Shown: piece after piece, positions 62,091 to 64,000 of the stretch
Numbering within the stretch: the first letter of the stretch is position 1
How the letters are laid out: each line of letters begins with the position of its first letter
Origin: Heterodontus francisci
Taxonomy: Eukaryota
Assembly (NCBI RefSeq): GCF_036365525.1
Contig: NC_090375.1
Coordinates: 96,474,512-96,538,511 of the forward strand
DNA length: 64,000 nt
Direction: 5' to 3'
Translations under genes and position numbers: made by a program
Notes under the pieces: generated by a model
The model's database searches: none
What the model saw: the letters and a program-made list of their open reading frames with translations, nothing else
What the model was told of the DNA's origin: nothing

Positions 62091-63237
62091 CTACCTTCTG
62101 GATTGCTGCTGTAAACTGAACCTTTATTATCGATTCCCTCTAGTGGCACACCGTGCATGCTACACAAAGCATGTATGGTGGCTTCAAATGAACAATACAC
62201 CACATTTCAAATGAACAATAAATGAAAAATACACTACATCCCTCCCCTTCTTGGTAAATGAGAGTTTCAATAGTTTCCTTACATTGTTCTCTTTGGACAT
62301 TACTTCAGTTTGTAACATAATCACCTAAGTATGGTTGACGTTTCCGCTCATGAGTAGGATATCGATGTATGACATCAAGTGTTGTCTCTTGCTTCATCTG
62401 AAATGTCAATGTCTGGATTGGACACAACGCTGGTGGATGGTGTTTGCAACATTTTGAAGAATGACTCGTTTTGTGTGATGATTTGTGAACCACACTTAGC
62501 AGTGATCAGTAAACCTTTCTTGTTGGTCACAACATATGGCTGGATGTCATGGGGGTTGTTTGCTTTCCAACATAACCATCACAATTTACAAGCATTTTGT
62601 CTCCTGTCTTTAGCGGTGTAGTTCTGAATTTCAGTTTTACTCTGCGTTTGCTTTCATGCAATCTTTCTGTTCTTGATCACGCTCATGTGCGTGTTGATCA
62701 TTCGCTTTGCAGGGTAGATCGGGAAGACATGTGTGCATTGGATGTGTGAAGATGAGTATAGCTGGAGGCTTTCCAGTGGTCGAGTGAGGAGCCGCTCTGC
62801 AATTGAGAAGAAAACGAAACAACTCCTGCTTCCACAACTTGCTCTCAGCAGTTGCTGTACAGATCACAGTTTCAAGTTACGCGTGAATCTCTCAACTCCT
62901 CCATTAGCTCTTAGCCAACAGGATGTGATATTTCGCTGAGTGAAACCCAGGTAATTTGCAAATTTACTGAACTCATTGTTGTTGAATGGGGTCCATTGTT
63001 GCTTCTCACTGTTTGAGGGACTCCAAACCAAGCAAAAATCTTGTCAAACTTTGAGGTGACTGCTTTTGCTGAGGTAGACGTAACTGTTTCTGTGACTGGG
63101 AATCTGCTGTAATTGTCAGTGACAAGAGAAAAGTGCTCATCAGTGGGCAAGTCTGCAAAGTCTACACTAGCTTCAGTCCAGGGGCCTTCAGGCAGCTCAG
63201 GCATGTTGAGTGGCTCACAAAGATTTGATGTTGTGGT
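62091..63237 (-). mobile_element. Gypsy family C integrase remnant, PPT and partial 3' LTR
   Basis: PEGPWTEASVDF..DNYSRFP..FGVPQTVRSNNGP; PPT aagaaggggaggga (62252-62239) abuts TGTAG at 62238. Confidence 0.8.
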
Positions 63238-64000
63238 TTTTTTATTCTTTCATGGGATTTGGGCTTGGCCAGCATTTATTGCCCATCCCTAATTGCCCTT
63301 GAGAAGATGATGAACTACCTTTTTGAATAGCTGCAGTCATGTGGTGTAGGTACACCCACAGTGCTGTTAGGAAGGGAGTTCCAGGATTTTGACCCAATGA
63401 TGATGAAGAAACAATGATATAGTTCCAAGTCAGGATGGTGTGTGACTTGGAGGGGAACTTGCAGGTGGTGGTGTTTCCATGCATTTGCTGCCCTTGTCCT
63501 TCTAGTTGGCAGAGGTCGGGGGTTTGGAAGGTGCTGTCTAAGGAGCCTTGGTGCATTGCTGCAATGCATCTTGTAGATGGTACACACTGCTGCCACTGTG
63601 CGTCGGTGGTGGAGGGAGTGAATGTTTGTAGATGGGGTGCCAATCAAGCGGGCTGCTTTGTCCTGGATGGTGTCGAGCTTCTTGAGAGTTGTTGGAGCTG
63701 CACCCATCCAGGCAAGTGGAAAGTATTCCATCACACTCCTGACTTGTGCCTTGTAGATGGTGGACAGGCTTTGGGAAGTCAGGAGGTGAGTTACTCGCCT
63801 CAGGATTCCTAGCCTCTGACCTGCTCTTATTGCCACGGTATTTATATGGCTAGTCCAGTTCAATTTCTGGTCCACAGTAATCCCTAGGATGTTGATAGTG
63901 GGGGATTCAGCGATGGTAATGCTGTTGAATGTCAAGGGGAGATGGTTAGATTCTCTCTTGTTGGAGATGGTCATTGCCTGGCACTTGTGTGGCGCGAATT
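63237..64000 (-). mobile_element. 3' part of a third copy of the tRNA-headed LINE family (runs off the window)
   Basis: ORF 63315-63974 YKAQVRSVMEYFPLAWMGAAPTTLKKLDTIQDKAARLI; same 3' tail as 53275-53349. Confidence 0.9.

Overview
Repeat-dense vertebrate genomic DNA, most likely from a cartilaginous fish (HE1/V-type tRNA SINEs, many CR1 LINEs). The only host gene I can support is a PTK6/BRK-family tyrosine kinase on the minus strand. Four exons splice in frame (27372-26900, 23213-23092, 6027-5864, 2119-1954) and encode a Cys-string N-terminus, SH3, SH2 and the kinase N-lobe; the rest lies beyond the left edge. A compact TATA/ETS/NF-kB/GAS motif cluster lies upstream. Most of the remaining sequence is nested mobile DNA: CR1, L2, RTE and Tx1/L1 LINEs, SINEs, Gypsy elements and solo LTRs, MITEs and Penelope-type fragments. 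Three observations stand out: (1) a single-ORF LINE with a tRNA-derived Pol III promoter head and almost no T4 terminator runs on its sense strand (50162-53349); (2) a 233-bp insertion with a 17-bp TSD that is a perfect 99-bp-arm palindrome carrying a minimal hammerhead-ribozyme motif on each strand (56573-56805); (3) a kinase with a TXK-like CCCC N-terminus and altered SH3/SH2 ligand-binding residues. All calls come from reading the sequence by eye. Boundaries of degraded repeats are approximate.
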